NCBI GenBank assembly: GCA_049657775.1
Contig: JBASNZ010000085.1
Location: 1 to 61,408 of the forward strand
Direction: 5' to 3'
From: Coriobacteriia bacterium
GTDB taxonomy: Bacteria > Actinomycetota > Coriobacteriia > Anaerosomatales > Anaerosomataceae
DNA length: 61,408 nucleotides
The position numbers and the translations under genes are program-made. The notes beneath the pieces were generated by a model. That model did not search any database, had not been told where the DNA came from, and saw nothing but the letters and a program-made list of their open reading frames with translations. Positions 1 to 9,912 of the stretch are shown here, one piece after another (within the stretch, counting starts at the first letter, position 1; every line of letters begins with the position of its first letter).

Positions 1-1070
1 GCAGTCTACCGGACGGGATCGCGGCGGTCGCGCTCGTGCTCGCCCAGGAGCGCCTTCGCTCCAACGCTGCCGACACCGTTGCATACCTGCTCGAGGAGGG
101 CATCGCGGTCAAGATCATCTCGGGCGACAACCCGAGGACGGTCTCCAGAATAGCCGCGTCGGCCGGCGTCCCGGGTGCGGAGGCGCCGGCCGACGCGCGG
201 CAGCTCACCGATGCGCACATGCTTGATGCGTACATGGAAAGCGCGAGCGTCTTTGGCCGGGTCATGCCCGAGCAGAAGTCGGCGATGGTCGCGTCACTGC
301 AGCGTGCCGGGCACACCGTCTGCGTATGCGGCGACGGCGTGAACGACGTGCTCGCCATCAAACAGGCCGACCTGGGAGTCGCCATGGGAAGCGGCGCGTC
401 GGCTGCGCGCGCGGTGGCGCAGGTGGTGCTGCTGGACGATGAGTTCGCGACGGTGCCGCTGATGATGGCCGAGGGCCGTCGCGTCATCGCCAACGCCGAG
501 CGGGTCGCGAACCTGTTTCTCACCAAGAGCGTCTGGGCGATGGTTCTCGCGGTCGCCATCGCGGTTCTTGGCACGGAATACCCGTTCCTGCCAAGGCACA
601 TCACACTCGTGGGCAGCCTCGCGATCGGGATCCCCGCGTTCTTCCTCGCGCTCGGTCGCAATACCAGGCGGTACACGCCCGGTTTCGTGCGCCGCGTACT
701 TCGGTTCGCGTTTCCGGCCGGGGGAGTCATGGCGGTGGCGGTTCTCTTGGTGTTCCTGCTGTCGCGTTCGGCAGGGCTGTCGGTCGCGGACGCCAGAACC
801 GTGAGCACGCTGCTCCTGCTTGCGGTGAGTCTGTCTGTCATCGCGCTGCTCGAGTGGCCGCTGGCCCGTACGGGCGTCGCCATCGTGGCTACGATGGCGA
901 CCGGAGGCGTGCTGGCGTTCGCGCTGCCGTTCACGAGGGCGTTTTTCGCGCTATCGGTGCTTCAGCCGGCCTGGATCCTGGCGGCACTTGCGGGATCGGC
1001 GCTCACCGCAGGCGCGATCGCCCTGCTCACGGCCGGGGTTCGGCGCGAGACCCGGGCGGTCGGGCGATGA
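1..1070 (+). CDS. P-type cation-transporting ATPase, C-terminal fragment (5' end lies outside the window)
   Basis: P-type ATPase hinge motif GDGVNDVLAIKQADLGVAMG followed by hydrophobic C-terminal TM helices; frame is open from base 1. Confidence 0.8.
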   Translation, partial: SLPDGIAAVALVLAQERLRSNAADTVAYLLEEGIAVKIISGDNPRTVSRIAASAGVPGAEAPADARQLTDAHMLDAYMESASVFGRVMPEQKSAMVASLQRAGHTVCVCGDGVNDVLAIKQADLGVAMGSGASAARAVAQVVLLDDEFATVPLMMAEGRRVIANAERVANLFLTKSVWAMVLAVAIAVLGTEYPFLPRHITLVGSLAIGIPAFFLALGRNTRRYTPGFVRRVLRFAFPAGGVMAVAVLLVFLLSRSAGLSVADARTVSTLLLLAVSLSVIALLEWPLARTGVAIVATMATGGVLAFALPFTRAFFALSVLQPAWILAALAGSALTAGAIALLTAGVRRETRAVGR

Positions 1071-1260
1071 CGCGTACAGCGCGGGACTTCCAGGCGCCAG
1101 ACGTCCGTGTGCGATTCCGTCCACGACGGATCTGGGTTCGCGCACGATCGCAACCGCGTCATCCACAGAGGATCCGCGGCGGGGTCCTAGCCGCTTGCTC
1201 GCTCCCGCAGCAGGCAAGCCCCGGCTCTCGTTGCCAACGATGTCGATCCTCCGCGGCCGG

Positions 1261-3162
1261 CTACCACAGGAGGGCCGTGGCCGAATTCCGTACGGAGGTG
1301 CTCACAGCGCTCGTGCCGCCCAGGAACCGGATCTGGTAGATCGAGTCCTTGTTCGCGGCCAACGCCGCGGCGGCCGAGGCGTCCAGGCTCGCGGTCGGGG
1401 TAAGCAGCAGCACCGAGCAGTCGCTGCCCTGGAGCACGCCACCGGCGAGCGCATCGGGGAAGTTCTCGCCCGTGGCGATGGCGGGTCGTGACCACAGCAT
1501 GCCCATTCCGTCGAACCCGACCTGCGCGATCAGCGCCGAGGTGCTGTACCGATTCGAGCCTGCGTGGCGAGAGAATCCGATGAACGGTGCGGTGTTAAGC
1601 TCCGTGGCGACCGCTGAGGCGAGGGCGCTCGTCCCGCCGATGATGTAGCCATGGTTGCTTCCGTTGTCGATCATTGCCATTCGCACGCTCGGGGTGAGAG
1701 CGCCCGGCCCGCTCAGGTAGATCGGCCAGCCGTTGGCCGAGGCGATGGGCGCTACCGAGAGGGCGTCCGGGAAGTTGGCACCGGTGCATACGAAGGCCGT
1801 ACCGTCGTAACCGGACTGTGCGTTCTTGATGCGCACGACCTCTTCGGCGATCTGGTTCGCGGTCTCGTAGCGGTTGTCTCCACCCAGTCGCCCGCCAGAT
1901 CCGCCAGGGATGAGCGCGACAGCCGCTGCGTACACGCTATTGCTGATCACACCGGAGCCGCCGAGAACGTAGACGTGCTGCGCGCCGAGGCGCGTGATCT
2001 CGGCCGCGACGGCAGCCGGCAGTGTGTCTTTGGAGGTGAGAAGAAGCGGTCCGCGGGACGCGCCAGCCAGCGCCGCGCCGCCAAGTGCGTCCGGCCAGTT
2101 GGCCGAGGTGGCAAGCGTGACGGTCATCGCACCGTCGGGATAGGCCCTCTTGGACGCCTCGATGGCGGTGGAGATCCGGTCGGATCCGGCGACCTGCGTG
2201 GCCTCGGTAGGCACGGTCACCGTCCACTTCGAGATCCGGTCGTTGTCGCTGTCGGCGATGTAGACCGTGCGGTCGAGACCGACGGCGATTCCGTAGGAAC
2301 TTGCGAACTGGGTATCTCCGGAGCCGTATCCTCCGCCGAACGTCACGAGATGGGTGCCGTCGGCGGTAAACACCTGGCCCCGCGCTCCGGCCGACTCGAT
2401 CGTGTACACGTTTCCGAGCGGGTCGGCGCCCACGTCATACGGTCGGTTGAACTGACCCGGGCCAGTTCCCGACCCGCCCCACGAGTCGAGGTACAGCCCC
2501 CACGCGTCGTATGTGACGACGGAGTCCATGATCCCGTACGCGAGATCGGTCGTGGTGAGCACGTTTCCATCCTGGGTCACGGCCAGGCCAACGGTCGGCG
2601 AACCCGCGGGCGTCCACCAGGTGCTCGGACTGCGGTACCTCCACGACTGCACCATATCGCCCCCTTCGGCGCTGTACAGCGTGCCGTCTAGTCCCACCGC
2701 GATGTTGAGTGGGTTGAGGATCTCGTTGTCGCTCGTCTCCTGGAACGTTCCTATGGTGCTGTACAGCAGCGGGTTGAACATCCAGATCGTGCTGCTGGCC
2801 GCGGACGACGACATTTTGTCGCCGGCGTAGATGGTGCCCCAGCGATCGGTAGCCACGGAGCGCGGACGGTACAGTGGGCCCTCTGTCGGGGTGATCGCCG
2901 TACTCCCGATCGATTTCACGAACGCGCCGTTCGCGTCGAACATCTGGATGCGATGGTCGCCGCTCTCGCCGCCAGCGACGTAGACATTGCCCCACTTGTC
3001 GGTGGTCACGTCAGGCGGGAAGTCGAATTGGCCGTTCCCGAGGCCCGGGGTACCCCAGTTTCGCTCCCAGGTGATCGACACCGTCGCAAGCGCGTGAGCG
3101 GGCATAACCGCGACGATCAGTGCGGTGCACAGCACGACTCCGAGAACCTTGTTCCCGCGCAT
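1261..3162 (-). CDS. secreted NHL-repeat beta-propeller protein with C-terminal CWB2-type cell-wall-binding repeats
   Basis: N-terminal signal peptide (LGVVLCTALIVAVMPAHALA); repeated NHL-like units (GDHRIQMFDANGAFV, DRISKW); C-terminal repeats with NRYETANQIAEEV / GANFPDALSVAPIASANGWPIYL typical of cell wall binding repeat 2. Confidence 0.7.
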   Translation of the reverse strand: MRGNKVLGVVLCTALIVAVMPAHALATVSITWERNWGTPGLGNGQFDFPPDVTTDKWGNVYVAGGESGDHRIQMFDANGAFVKSIGSTAITPTEGPLYRPRSVATDRWGTIYAGDKMSSSAASSTIWMFNPLLYSTIGTFQETSDNEILNPLNIAVGLDGTLYSAEGGDMVQSWRYRSPSTWWTPAGSPTVGLAVTQDGNVLTTTDLAYGIMDSVVTYDAWGLYLDSWGGSGTGPGQFNRPYDVGADPLGNVYTIESAGARGQVFTADGTHLVTFGGGYGSGDTQFASSYGIAVGLDRTVYIADSDNDRISKWTVTVPTEATQVAGSDRISTAIEASKRAYPDGAMTVTLATSANWPDALGGAALAGASRGPLLLTSKDTLPAAVAAEITRLGAQHVYVLGGSGVISNSVYAAAVALIPGGSGGRLGGDNRYETANQIAEEVVRIKNAQSGYDGTAFVCTGANFPDALSVAPIASANGWPIYLSGPGALTPSVRMAMIDNGSNHGYIIGGTSALASAVATELNTAPFIGFSRHAGSNRYSTSALIAQVGFDGMGMLWSRPAIATGENFPDALAGGVLQGSDCSVLLLTPTASLDASAAAALAANKDSIYQIRFLGGTSAVSTSVRNSATALLW

Positions 3163-3282
3163 GGAATACCCCCGTCTCTTCCGCGCCTGAAGTGGCGCTC
3201 CGGAACGAGTCTATACCTTCGGAGGTGTTCCTGACATTTGCCCTGTTCCGCCCCTGTGGTACTATCCTTTACTGCACCACAC

Positions 3283-3368
3283 GCGGGTGTGGCGGAATGG
3301 CAGACGCGCATGGTTCAGGTCCATGTGGGGGCAACCCCGTGAAGGTTCAACTCCTTTCACCCGCACCA
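3283..3368 (+). tRNA. tRNA-Leu (anticodon CAG), type II with long variable arm
   Basis: Hand-folded cloverleaf GCGGGTG...CACCCGC-A-CCA; anticodon stem CATGG/CCATG around loop TTCAGGT; encoded CCA. Confidence 0.8.
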
Positions 3369-3427
3369 GAGACATATGCGAATGGCCCCGCCGGTTTCGG
3401 CGGGGCCATCGTTGTTCCACGCATGGT

Positions 3428-4837
3428 CTACAGCGTGGTGCCGGAAGCGGCCTCAAGTCCGGGCGCCACGCTCTCGCGAGGTCGTCGCACTCCGTCGAGT
3501 ACCCGCTCAAGAGCCGGCCGCGCGTGGCGCAGCAGGCCGAGGCTGATGGCGGCGTCCCAGACCGACCCCGCCTTCTTCCATGCGGCCGAGTACGCGAAGT
3601 GCCGCAGTTGTTCGGCGGCTGACTCCCGTGCGAGTGAGGCGCGTGCGATGCCGCTCCACGAGTAGAAGGCCGTGCGCGCCCGGTGGTAGCCCGCCTCGAT
3701 GGTCTGCGGCGACATCGTCGGGTGCGAGATCACGCAGTGGCGCGTGTCGTACAGGTCCCAGTCGCGCGTGGTTATCCGGCCCTCTCGCTCCATCCGGGTG
3801 TGAAGGGCGGTTCCCGGGTACGGTGTCAGCACGTGGAACGTGGCCGTCTCGATGCCGCGCGACACGGCCCACTCGGCCGTCCGGTCGAACACGTCGGGAC
3901 CGTGATGATCCATGCCAAAGACGAAGCTCGCGTTCACCATCACGCCCGCGTCATGCAGGCGTCTGATCGCTTCGTCGTAGTCCCGACCGACATTGTGGCG
4001 CTTCCCCTGCTCGGTCAGCGCCGTTTGATCGAGCGTCTCGAAGCCGACGAACAGCGACCGCAGACCGGATGCCGCGGCGGCCTCCAACAACCCGGGGCGC
4101 AGCACCGACTCCACGGTCCCGGCGGCCTGCCACACGCGGCCGGTGCCTCGTAGGCCCGCCATGAGTTCGCGTGCGAACCGGTCGTCCGCGAACAGGTTGT
4201 CGTCCAGGAAGTACAGGTGTCGCCCTTCGAGCGATGCGATCTCGTCGAGCGCGTCGTCGACACGCGCGGTGTAAAAGGAGCGTCCACCCTGGTAGAACGC
4301 GTCCTTGTAGCAGAAGTCACATGAATGCGGACACCCGCGCGAGACCACGATCGAGTTAGGCACCAGATACCGGGAGCGGTCGATCAGATCCCGCCGCGCA
4401 CGGGGCACTCCGTGCAGGGATCGCTCGGTCGAGCGATAGACGGGCTGTGGTCGTCCGGCGCGAAAGTCGCTCAGGAACCGTGGCCACGTGTCCTCGCCCG
4501 GACCCATGAAGATGGTATCCGCGTGGGCGGCCGCCTCCCCGGGAAGCGATGTCGGGTGCAGACCTCCCAGGCACACGTGCGCGCCTTGGCTGCGGTAGTG
4601 GTCGGCCAGCGCATAGGCACGGTACGCCGACGTTACGTACGTCTGGATCACAACCACGTCAGGCTCGTCATCCAGCCGGATCGCGCCGACGTGCTCGTCC
4701 TCGATCGTGACTTCGTCATTGGGGCAGTGCCCCGCGAGGGTCGCCAGCCCGAGCGGAGGGAAGAGCGAGTACTTGATGGGGCGGAAGAGCGGGTCGGTCG
4801 CCTCGGCGAGCGCCGGGAGCACCATCTTGATCCTCAT
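3428..4837 (-). CDS. B12-binding-domain radical SAM protein
   Basis: Radical SAM motif CPHSCDFCYK (CxxxCxxC); N-terminal start MRIKMVLPALAEATDPLFRPIKYSLFPPLGLATLAGH typical of B12-binding rSAM enzymes; GGAGG ribosome-binding site upstream of this internal ATG, so the longer track ORF is an upstream extension. Confidence 0.75.
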   Translation of the reverse strand: MRIKMVLPALAEATDPLFRPIKYSLFPPLGLATLAGHCPNDEVTIEDEHVGAIRLDDEPDVVVIQTYVTSAYRAYALADHYRSQGAHVCLGGLHPTSLPGEAAAHADTIFMGPGEDTWPRFLSDFRAGRPQPVYRSTERSLHGVPRARRDLIDRSRYLVPNSIVVSRGCPHSCDFCYKDAFYQGGRSFYTARVDDALDEIASLEGRHLYFLDDNLFADDRFARELMAGLRGTGRVWQAAGTVESVLRPGLLEAAAASGLRSLFVGFETLDQTALTEQGKRHNVGRDYDEAIRRLHDAGVMVNASFVFGMDHHGPDVFDRTAEWAVSRGIETATFHVLTPYPGTALHTRMEREGRITTRDWDLYDTRHCVISHPTMSPQTIEAGYHRARTAFYSWSGIARASLARESAAEQLRHFAYSAAWKKAGSVWDAAISLGLLRHARPALERVLDGVRRPRESVAPGLEAASGTTL

Positions 4838-5115
4838 CGTGGGACCTCCTTTGCATGGCGGAGACCCCAGCGTAGTGTTGCCGACGACGCGACCTCCCGT
4901 TCCGTGTCCACCGCGTTGCCGCGACGTCATCGCCCCGTCGTCTACGCAAAGTTCCTCATCGCCCGCTGGCTGGGGTGATGCCACGGCTTACGCGCACTTG
5001 TGCGGACCGCACACATCCGGTCCGGACCTTGGGTGTGTGATATGTGTCGTATCGCAGTTGTATAGTCTTCGCAGCGCGTTAGGGCGCTAGGGATTCCTAA
5101 GGGGGAGACAACACA

Positions 5116-7335
5116 ATGGGTGATCTAGTCAACGCGCTCGGTGTGGTGGGCGCAGTGCTCGTTATCGGGTTCATACTCTTCTGGGTCGCCTGGTTCCTAC
5201 TCGGCATTCGGGTCATCAAGTCAGACCGCGTGGGTATCGTCGAGAAATGGTGGTCGCCCAAGGGCTCGCTTAAGGACAACATCATCGCCCTCAAGGGCGA
5301 GGCCGGTTACCAGCCGGGCGTCCTGCGAGGCGGCATCCACTTCCGCACGCCGCTCATGTTCCGCGTGCACGTTATGCCGCTTATCACCATCCCACAGGGC
5401 AAGATCGGCTACGTCTTCTCGCGTGACGGCGAGCCGCTCGAGCCGGAGCAGACCCTCGCACGTCTGGTTGACTGCAACTACTTCCAGGACGTGATGGCGT
5501 TCTTCGCCAACGGCGGCCAGCGTGGCCCGCAGCGCGCGATCCTGCGTGAAGGCACGTACGCGTTCAACCTGGCGCAGTTCGTCATCATCACCGAGACGCG
5601 CACCTTCTTCCTGCCCATGGGCAGCAAAGAAGAGGAGCTCACCATCGACTCGATGGCGACGTACCTGCACAGCCTCGGAGGCTTCGACCCGGTCATCATC
5701 CGCGGTGCCGACGATAAGACCGGCATCGTGACGATCCACGATGGCCCGTCACTGCCGGGTGGCGACATCATCGCCCCCACGGTCGGGGACGTCGCATCCG
5801 ACCCGGACTACCACAACAGCTTCCAGAATCCCGAGAAGTTTCTGGCCGCAGGCGGCTACCGCGGTCGCCAGTACCAGGTGCTGACCGAGGGTACGTACTT
5901 CATCAATCGGCTGTTCGGTACCGTCGAAGTGATCCCAAAGATCACGATCCCGGTCGGCTTCGCGGGCGTCGTCGTCAGCTACGTCGGACCGCGCGGGGCG
6001 GACACGTCAGGCGAGGAGTACCGGCACGGAGAGCTCGTGGCACAGGGTAGCCGTGGCGTGTGGAACGAAGCGCTCCTGCCCGGCAAGTACGCATTCAACA
6101 CGTACGCAGGCTCCATCGTGATGGTTCCCACCACGAACATCATCCTCAAGTGGGTGCGCGGCGAGTCCGGCGAGCACCACTACGACGAGAACCTGGCCGA
6201 GGTGAACCTCATCACGAAGGACGCGTTCGAGCCGCTGCTACCGCTCTCCGTCGTCGTGCACATCGACTACCGGAAGGCCCCGCTGGTCATCCAGCGGTTC
6301 GGCGACATCAAGATGCTCGTGAACCAGACGCTCGACCCGATGGTCTCGGCGTACTTCAAGAACGTCGGTCAGACCAAGACGATCATCGAGCTCATCCAGC
6401 AGCGTTCCGAGATCCAGAAGACCTCCTCGGTCGAGATGCAGGAGAAGTTCGGCCACTACAACCTCCAGCTCGAAGAGGTCCTCATCGGCACGCCGCACTC
6501 GCCTGCAGGCGACGACCGCATCGAGACGATCCTGATGCAGCTTCGCGACCGGCAGGTGGCGTTCGAGAAGCTCGAGACCTTTGAGAAGCAGCGCATCGCC
6601 GCCGACAAAGAACGCGAGCTCAAGGAGGCGCAGTCCATCGCCGAGCAGCAGACGGCGCTCACGCAGTCGCAGATCAACATCTCCGTGCAGGAGAACCAGG
6701 CACGCGCCGACCTGCAACGCGCCGTCCAGGACGCCGAGCGCGTGCGTACCCTGGCCAAGGCCGACGCCGACAAGGTCAAGACGCTTGCCGCCGGTGACGC
6801 CGAGAAGGTCAAGCTCATGGCCGAGGCTGACGCCAAGAAGGTCGAAGTCATGGCCCAGGCCGACGCCACGCGCGTGAAGAAGATCGGTGAGGCCGACGCC
6901 CTGAGGGTCAAGCTCATCGCCCAGGCGGACGCCGAGAAGGAAGCCAAGGTCGGTGTTGGTAAGGCAATCGCCATCGACGAGCAGGTCCGTGCGTACGGCG
7001 GCCCGCAGCTCCAGCTCATGCAGGACGTCATGACCAAGCTCGCGACAGCCATCGAGACCTCCAAGGTGCCGATCGTGCCGTCCACGGTCGTCAACATGGG
7101 CGGCAGTGAGGGTGGCGGCGACGGCGCCAACATGAACGCCTTCGGCCTTCTCATGTCGCTGATGGCCACAGACAAGCTCGGAGAGTTCACGGCCGCCGCG
7201 GAGCGCGTTGCCGATCCGGCACAGGCCGCGATGGTGGCCAGCATCAAGAAGCAGCTTGCCGATCAGGCGGCGGCCGAGGCCAAGGCCACCAAGGATGCCG
7301 CGAAAGAGGCCCCCAAGCCGAGCGCGGAGGTCTAG
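5116..7335 (+). CDS. flotillin-like SPFH/band-7 membrane protein with long C-terminal coiled-coil (EA-rich flotillin repeats)
   Basis: N-terminal TM helix, SPFH-like core, then repeated KADADKVKTLAAGDAEKVKLMAEADAKKVEVMAQADATRVKK heptad-like repeats and Ala/Lys-rich tail. Confidence 0.75.
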   Translation: MGDLVNALGVVGAVLVIGFILFWVAWFLLGIRVIKSDRVGIVEKWWSPKGSLKDNIIALKGEAGYQPGVLRGGIHFRTPLMFRVHVMPLITIPQGKIGYVFSRDGEPLEPEQTLARLVDCNYFQDVMAFFANGGQRGPQRAILREGTYAFNLAQFVIITETRTFFLPMGSKEEELTIDSMATYLHSLGGFDPVIIRGADDKTGIVTIHDGPSLPGGDIIAPTVGDVASDPDYHNSFQNPEKFLAAGGYRGRQYQVLTEGTYFINRLFGTVEVIPKITIPVGFAGVVVSYVGPRGADTSGEEYRHGELVAQGSRGVWNEALLPGKYAFNTYAGSIVMVPTTNIILKWVRGESGEHHYDENLAEVNLITKDAFEPLLPLSVVVHIDYRKAPLVIQRFGDIKMLVNQTLDPMVSAYFKNVGQTKTIIELIQQRSEIQKTSSVEMQEKFGHYNLQLEEVLIGTPHSPAGDDRIETILMQLRDRQVAFEKLETFEKQRIAADKERELKEAQSIAEQQTALTQSQINISVQENQARADLQRAVQDAERVRTLAKADADKVKTLAAGDAEKVKLMAEADAKKVEVMAQADATRVKKIGEADALRVKLIAQADAEKEAKVGVGKAIAIDEQVRAYGGPQLQLMQDVMTKLATAIETSKVPIVPSTVVNMGGSEGGGDGANMNAFGLLMSLMATDKLGEFTAAAERVADPAQAAMVASIKKQLADQAAAEAKATKDAAKEAPKPSAEV

Positions 7336-7402
7336 CGCCGAAGTAGGCAAGCAGGTGCGCGGGATCGCACCAGGTGCGCTGGTATGCAGTGCCGTCCAAA
7401 CG

Positions 7403-7429
7403 AGAGGCTCCGCTTCGGCGGGGCCTCTC
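7403..7429. terminator. GC-rich hairpin downstream of the flotillin gene (putative intrinsic terminator, no U-tract)
   Basis: Inverted repeat GAGAGGCTCCGC-TTCG-GCGGGGCCTCTC starting about 70 nt after the stop at 7335. Confidence 0.35.
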
Positions 7430-7602
7430 TGCGTCCACCCGGGTCGTGTTCGGAGCGAGAATGGTGCGCTGCGTGACTTCGGGGTGGGTTGTGATGACCG
7501 TTCGGCGCGAAGGCGGCAGGGAATAGCGCTGGAGCGTCGAAGCACACCCAGGAGTGAAACTACCGGCTCACGATTGGCCGTCACAGTTGAAGGAAGGGTC
7601 TC

Positions 7603-8940
7603 ATGCTGTCAGAGCGTGTTATCACAGCTGCACTCAGGGTGCTCAACAAGACCTATCTACACACAGCTCCGGTCGAACTTGACCGTCTGCCGGAGCCCAA
7701 ACCGGGCCACACGTACACCCTGTACGCGCACGTGCCGTTCTGCGAGCGGCTCTGCCCGTACTGCTCGTTCAACCGATTCCTCTTTGCCGAGCACCGGTCC
7801 CGTCCGTACTTTGCGCACCTGCGCAAAGAGATGCACATGGTTGCCGACCTGGGCTACGACTTCACGTCGCTCTACATCGGCGGTGGCACCCCCACCATCC
7901 TCATCGACGAACTCTGCGAGACCATCGACCTGGCGAGGAAGCTCTTCCCGGGTATCGACGAGGTCTCGGCCGAGACAAGCCCCAACCACCTGACCGATGC
8001 TACGATCTTGCAGCTCAAGAACCGCGTACAGAGGATGTCGGTGGGAGTGCAGTCGTTCGACGACATGCTCCTGCAGCAGATGGCGCGCTACGACAAGTAC
8101 GGCTGCGGCCGCGAAGTCTGGGAGGCCGTCAGCAACGCGGCCGGCCACTTCCACTCGCTCAACGTGGACATGATCTTCAACTTCCCGAGCCAGACGAAGG
8201 CCATGCTCAAGCGCGACATCGAGATGGTGCGCGCCACGGGCGCCAATCAGACCACGTTCTATCCGCTCATGGCGTCCCCCAAGATGCGCGTCGAGTTGGC
8301 GCGGACGATCGGCCACATCGACTTCGAGCGTGAAGTGGACTTCTACCAGACCATCTGCGACGGCCTCGCTCCGGAGTTCGAGAACTCCTCGGCATGGACA
8401 TTCTCCAAGGAGAAGGACTCCATGATCGACGAGTACATCGTTGATACCGAGGAGTACCTGGGCATCGGCTCGGGCGCGATGTCGTTCCTGGACGGCTGTG
8501 TCTATCACAACACGTTCTCGCTCAAAGACTACGAGAGCCGCATCAACTCGGGGCGCATGTCGGTTGTCAAGGCTGGCAAGCCGTACAGTCGCATAGGACG
8601 CATGCGCTACCGGTTTGTCACCGAGTTCTTTGGACTTCGCCTCGACAAGCAGCGTTTTATCGCCGACTTCGGCGTTCCGGTCGAGCGCGGATTGGCCGCC
8701 GAGATGGCCTTCATGAGACTCTCGGGCAGCATCGCAAGTGAGGATGAGCGGTACATCACACTCACCGATAAGGGACGCTACCTACTGTTGGTGATGATGC
8801 GCGAGACACTCTCGTCCTCCAACGATGTGCGCGACCAGGAGCGGACTCTTCTGCCCGAAGATGAGAAGATGCTACTGTTCGATAACCAGCAGCCCTGCGG
8901 CACCGCCATTTCGGTGGAGGAGTGCCTCGCGGCAAGCTAG
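7603..8940 (+). CDS. HemN-family radical SAM protein (oxygen-independent coproporphyrinogen-III oxidase-like / HemW/HemZ family)
   Basis: LYAHVPFCERLCPYCSFNRF (CxxxCxxC in the HemN context) and GGGTPT motif; 445 aa. Confidence 0.75.
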   Translation: MLSERVITAALRVLNKTYLHTAPVELDRLPEPKPGHTYTLYAHVPFCERLCPYCSFNRFLFAEHRSRPYFAHLRKEMHMVADLGYDFTSLYIGGGTPTILIDELCETIDLARKLFPGIDEVSAETSPNHLTDATILQLKNRVQRMSVGVQSFDDMLLQQMARYDKYGCGREVWEAVSNAAGHFHSLNVDMIFNFPSQTKAMLKRDIEMVRATGANQTTFYPLMASPKMRVELARTIGHIDFEREVDFYQTICDGLAPEFENSSAWTFSKEKDSMIDEYIVDTEEYLGIGSGAMSFLDGCVYHNTFSLKDYESRINSGRMSVVKAGKPYSRIGRMRYRFVTEFFGLRLDKQRFIADFGVPVERGLAAEMAFMRLSGSIASEDERYITLTDKGRYLLLVMMRETLSSSNDVRDQERTLLPEDEKMLLFDNQQPCGTAISVEECLAAS

Positions 8941-9876
8941 GTGATCGAGCCGGCACTCGAAGCTAGGACCATCGTGGTAAGCGACAGCGACACAGCCGTG
9001 GCCGTAGCGGACGCGCAACGCGTTCCCGCAGTAGCCGCATACATGGCACTCACTAAGCCCAAGCAGACGGCGCTTCTCCTGGCCACTGGCATCGGTGCAT
9101 ACATCCTTACGGCTTCGCCGCAGGTGGAGTGGCTTCGGTTCGCGCTCGGAATCATCGCGCTTGCGCTCGCCGTCTCCGGCTGCACGGCGCTCAACATGGT
9201 GCTTGACCGCGACATCGACGCGAAGATGGGTCGCACAGCGAGACGACCACTCCCGAGCGGCGACATGTCTGCGGCATCCGCACTGGTGTTCGCCCTGGCG
9301 CTCTCGATCGTCGGGCTCGCGATCGCGTGGTCCCTCTCGGCCGCCTTTGGCGCGGTCGTGAGCGCAGGATTCTTCTTTGACCTCGTGATCTACACGATGT
9401 GGCTCAAGCGGCGCACGCCGCTATCCATCGTGTTCGGAGGGATATCCGGAGGCATGCCCGCGCTTGCGGGACGGGTTCTGGCGCTTGGCAGGGTCGATGC
9501 GGTCGGCGCACTTCTGGCCGCGGGAGTGGTGCTCTGGATCCCCGCGCACATCCTTACGCTTTCGACCCGTTATCAGACCGAGTACGCCGCCGCTGGCGTT
9601 CCGGTCTGGCCGGGAGTGTTCGGACCCGACGCCACTCGACGTGTGGTGGCAGTGGGAACGATGCTCTCGACGGTGGTTCTCACGGCGGCGGGTGTTATCG
9701 AGCACATCGGCTCCGGCGCGCTCGCGGCGCTGGTCGGTATCGGCGTCGTCTTAGACGTCGTGGCCATCGCCGCTCTGGTCCGGCCCTCCGAGTCCTGGAA
9801 CTGGATGCTCTTCAAGACCGCCTCGATCTACATGCTCGCCGCGTTCGCCTGCCTCACTCTTGGAGCGGTGCTCTAG
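8941..9876 (+). CDS. ctaB: UbiA-family prenyltransferase, best match to protoheme IX farnesyltransferase (heme O synthase)
   Basis: NMVLDRDIDAKMGRTARRPLPSG first Asp-rich motif and YTMWLKRRTPLSIVFGGISGGMPALAG second motif resembling CtaB/CyoE; polytopic membrane protein; GTG start overlaps the stop of the upstream HemN-like gene; internal start at MALTKPKQT also possible. Confidence 0.6.
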   Translation: MIEPALEARTIVVSDSDTAVAVADAQRVPAVAAYMALTKPKQTALLLATGIGAYILTASPQVEWLRFALGIIALALAVSGCTALNMVLDRDIDAKMGRTARRPLPSGDMSAASALVFALALSIVGLAIAWSLSAAFGAVVSAGFFFDLVIYTMWLKRRTPLSIVFGGISGGMPALAGRVLALGRVDAVGALLAAGVVLWIPAHILTLSTRYQTEYAAAGVPVWPGVFGPDATRRVVAVGTMLSTVVLTAAGVIEHIGSGALAALVGIGVVLDVVAIAALVRPSESWNWMLFKTASIYMLAAFACLTLGAVL

Positions 9877-9912
9877 GGGCGGAGAACAGGAGTATAGTGA
9901 GTTCACCGGCGA

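Noticed and set aside
3262-3622. Two overlapping ORFs (3262-3510 minus, 3287-3622 plus)
   Set aside because: They cover a well-formed tRNA-Leu(CAG) and the promoter region of the radical SAM gene; not coding.
6238-7584. 448-aa minus-strand ORF and overlapping 263-aa ORF (6456-7247)
   Set aside because: Antisense to the flotillin coiled-coil region; repetitive Leu/Asp/Gly composition mirrors the repeat on the other strand.
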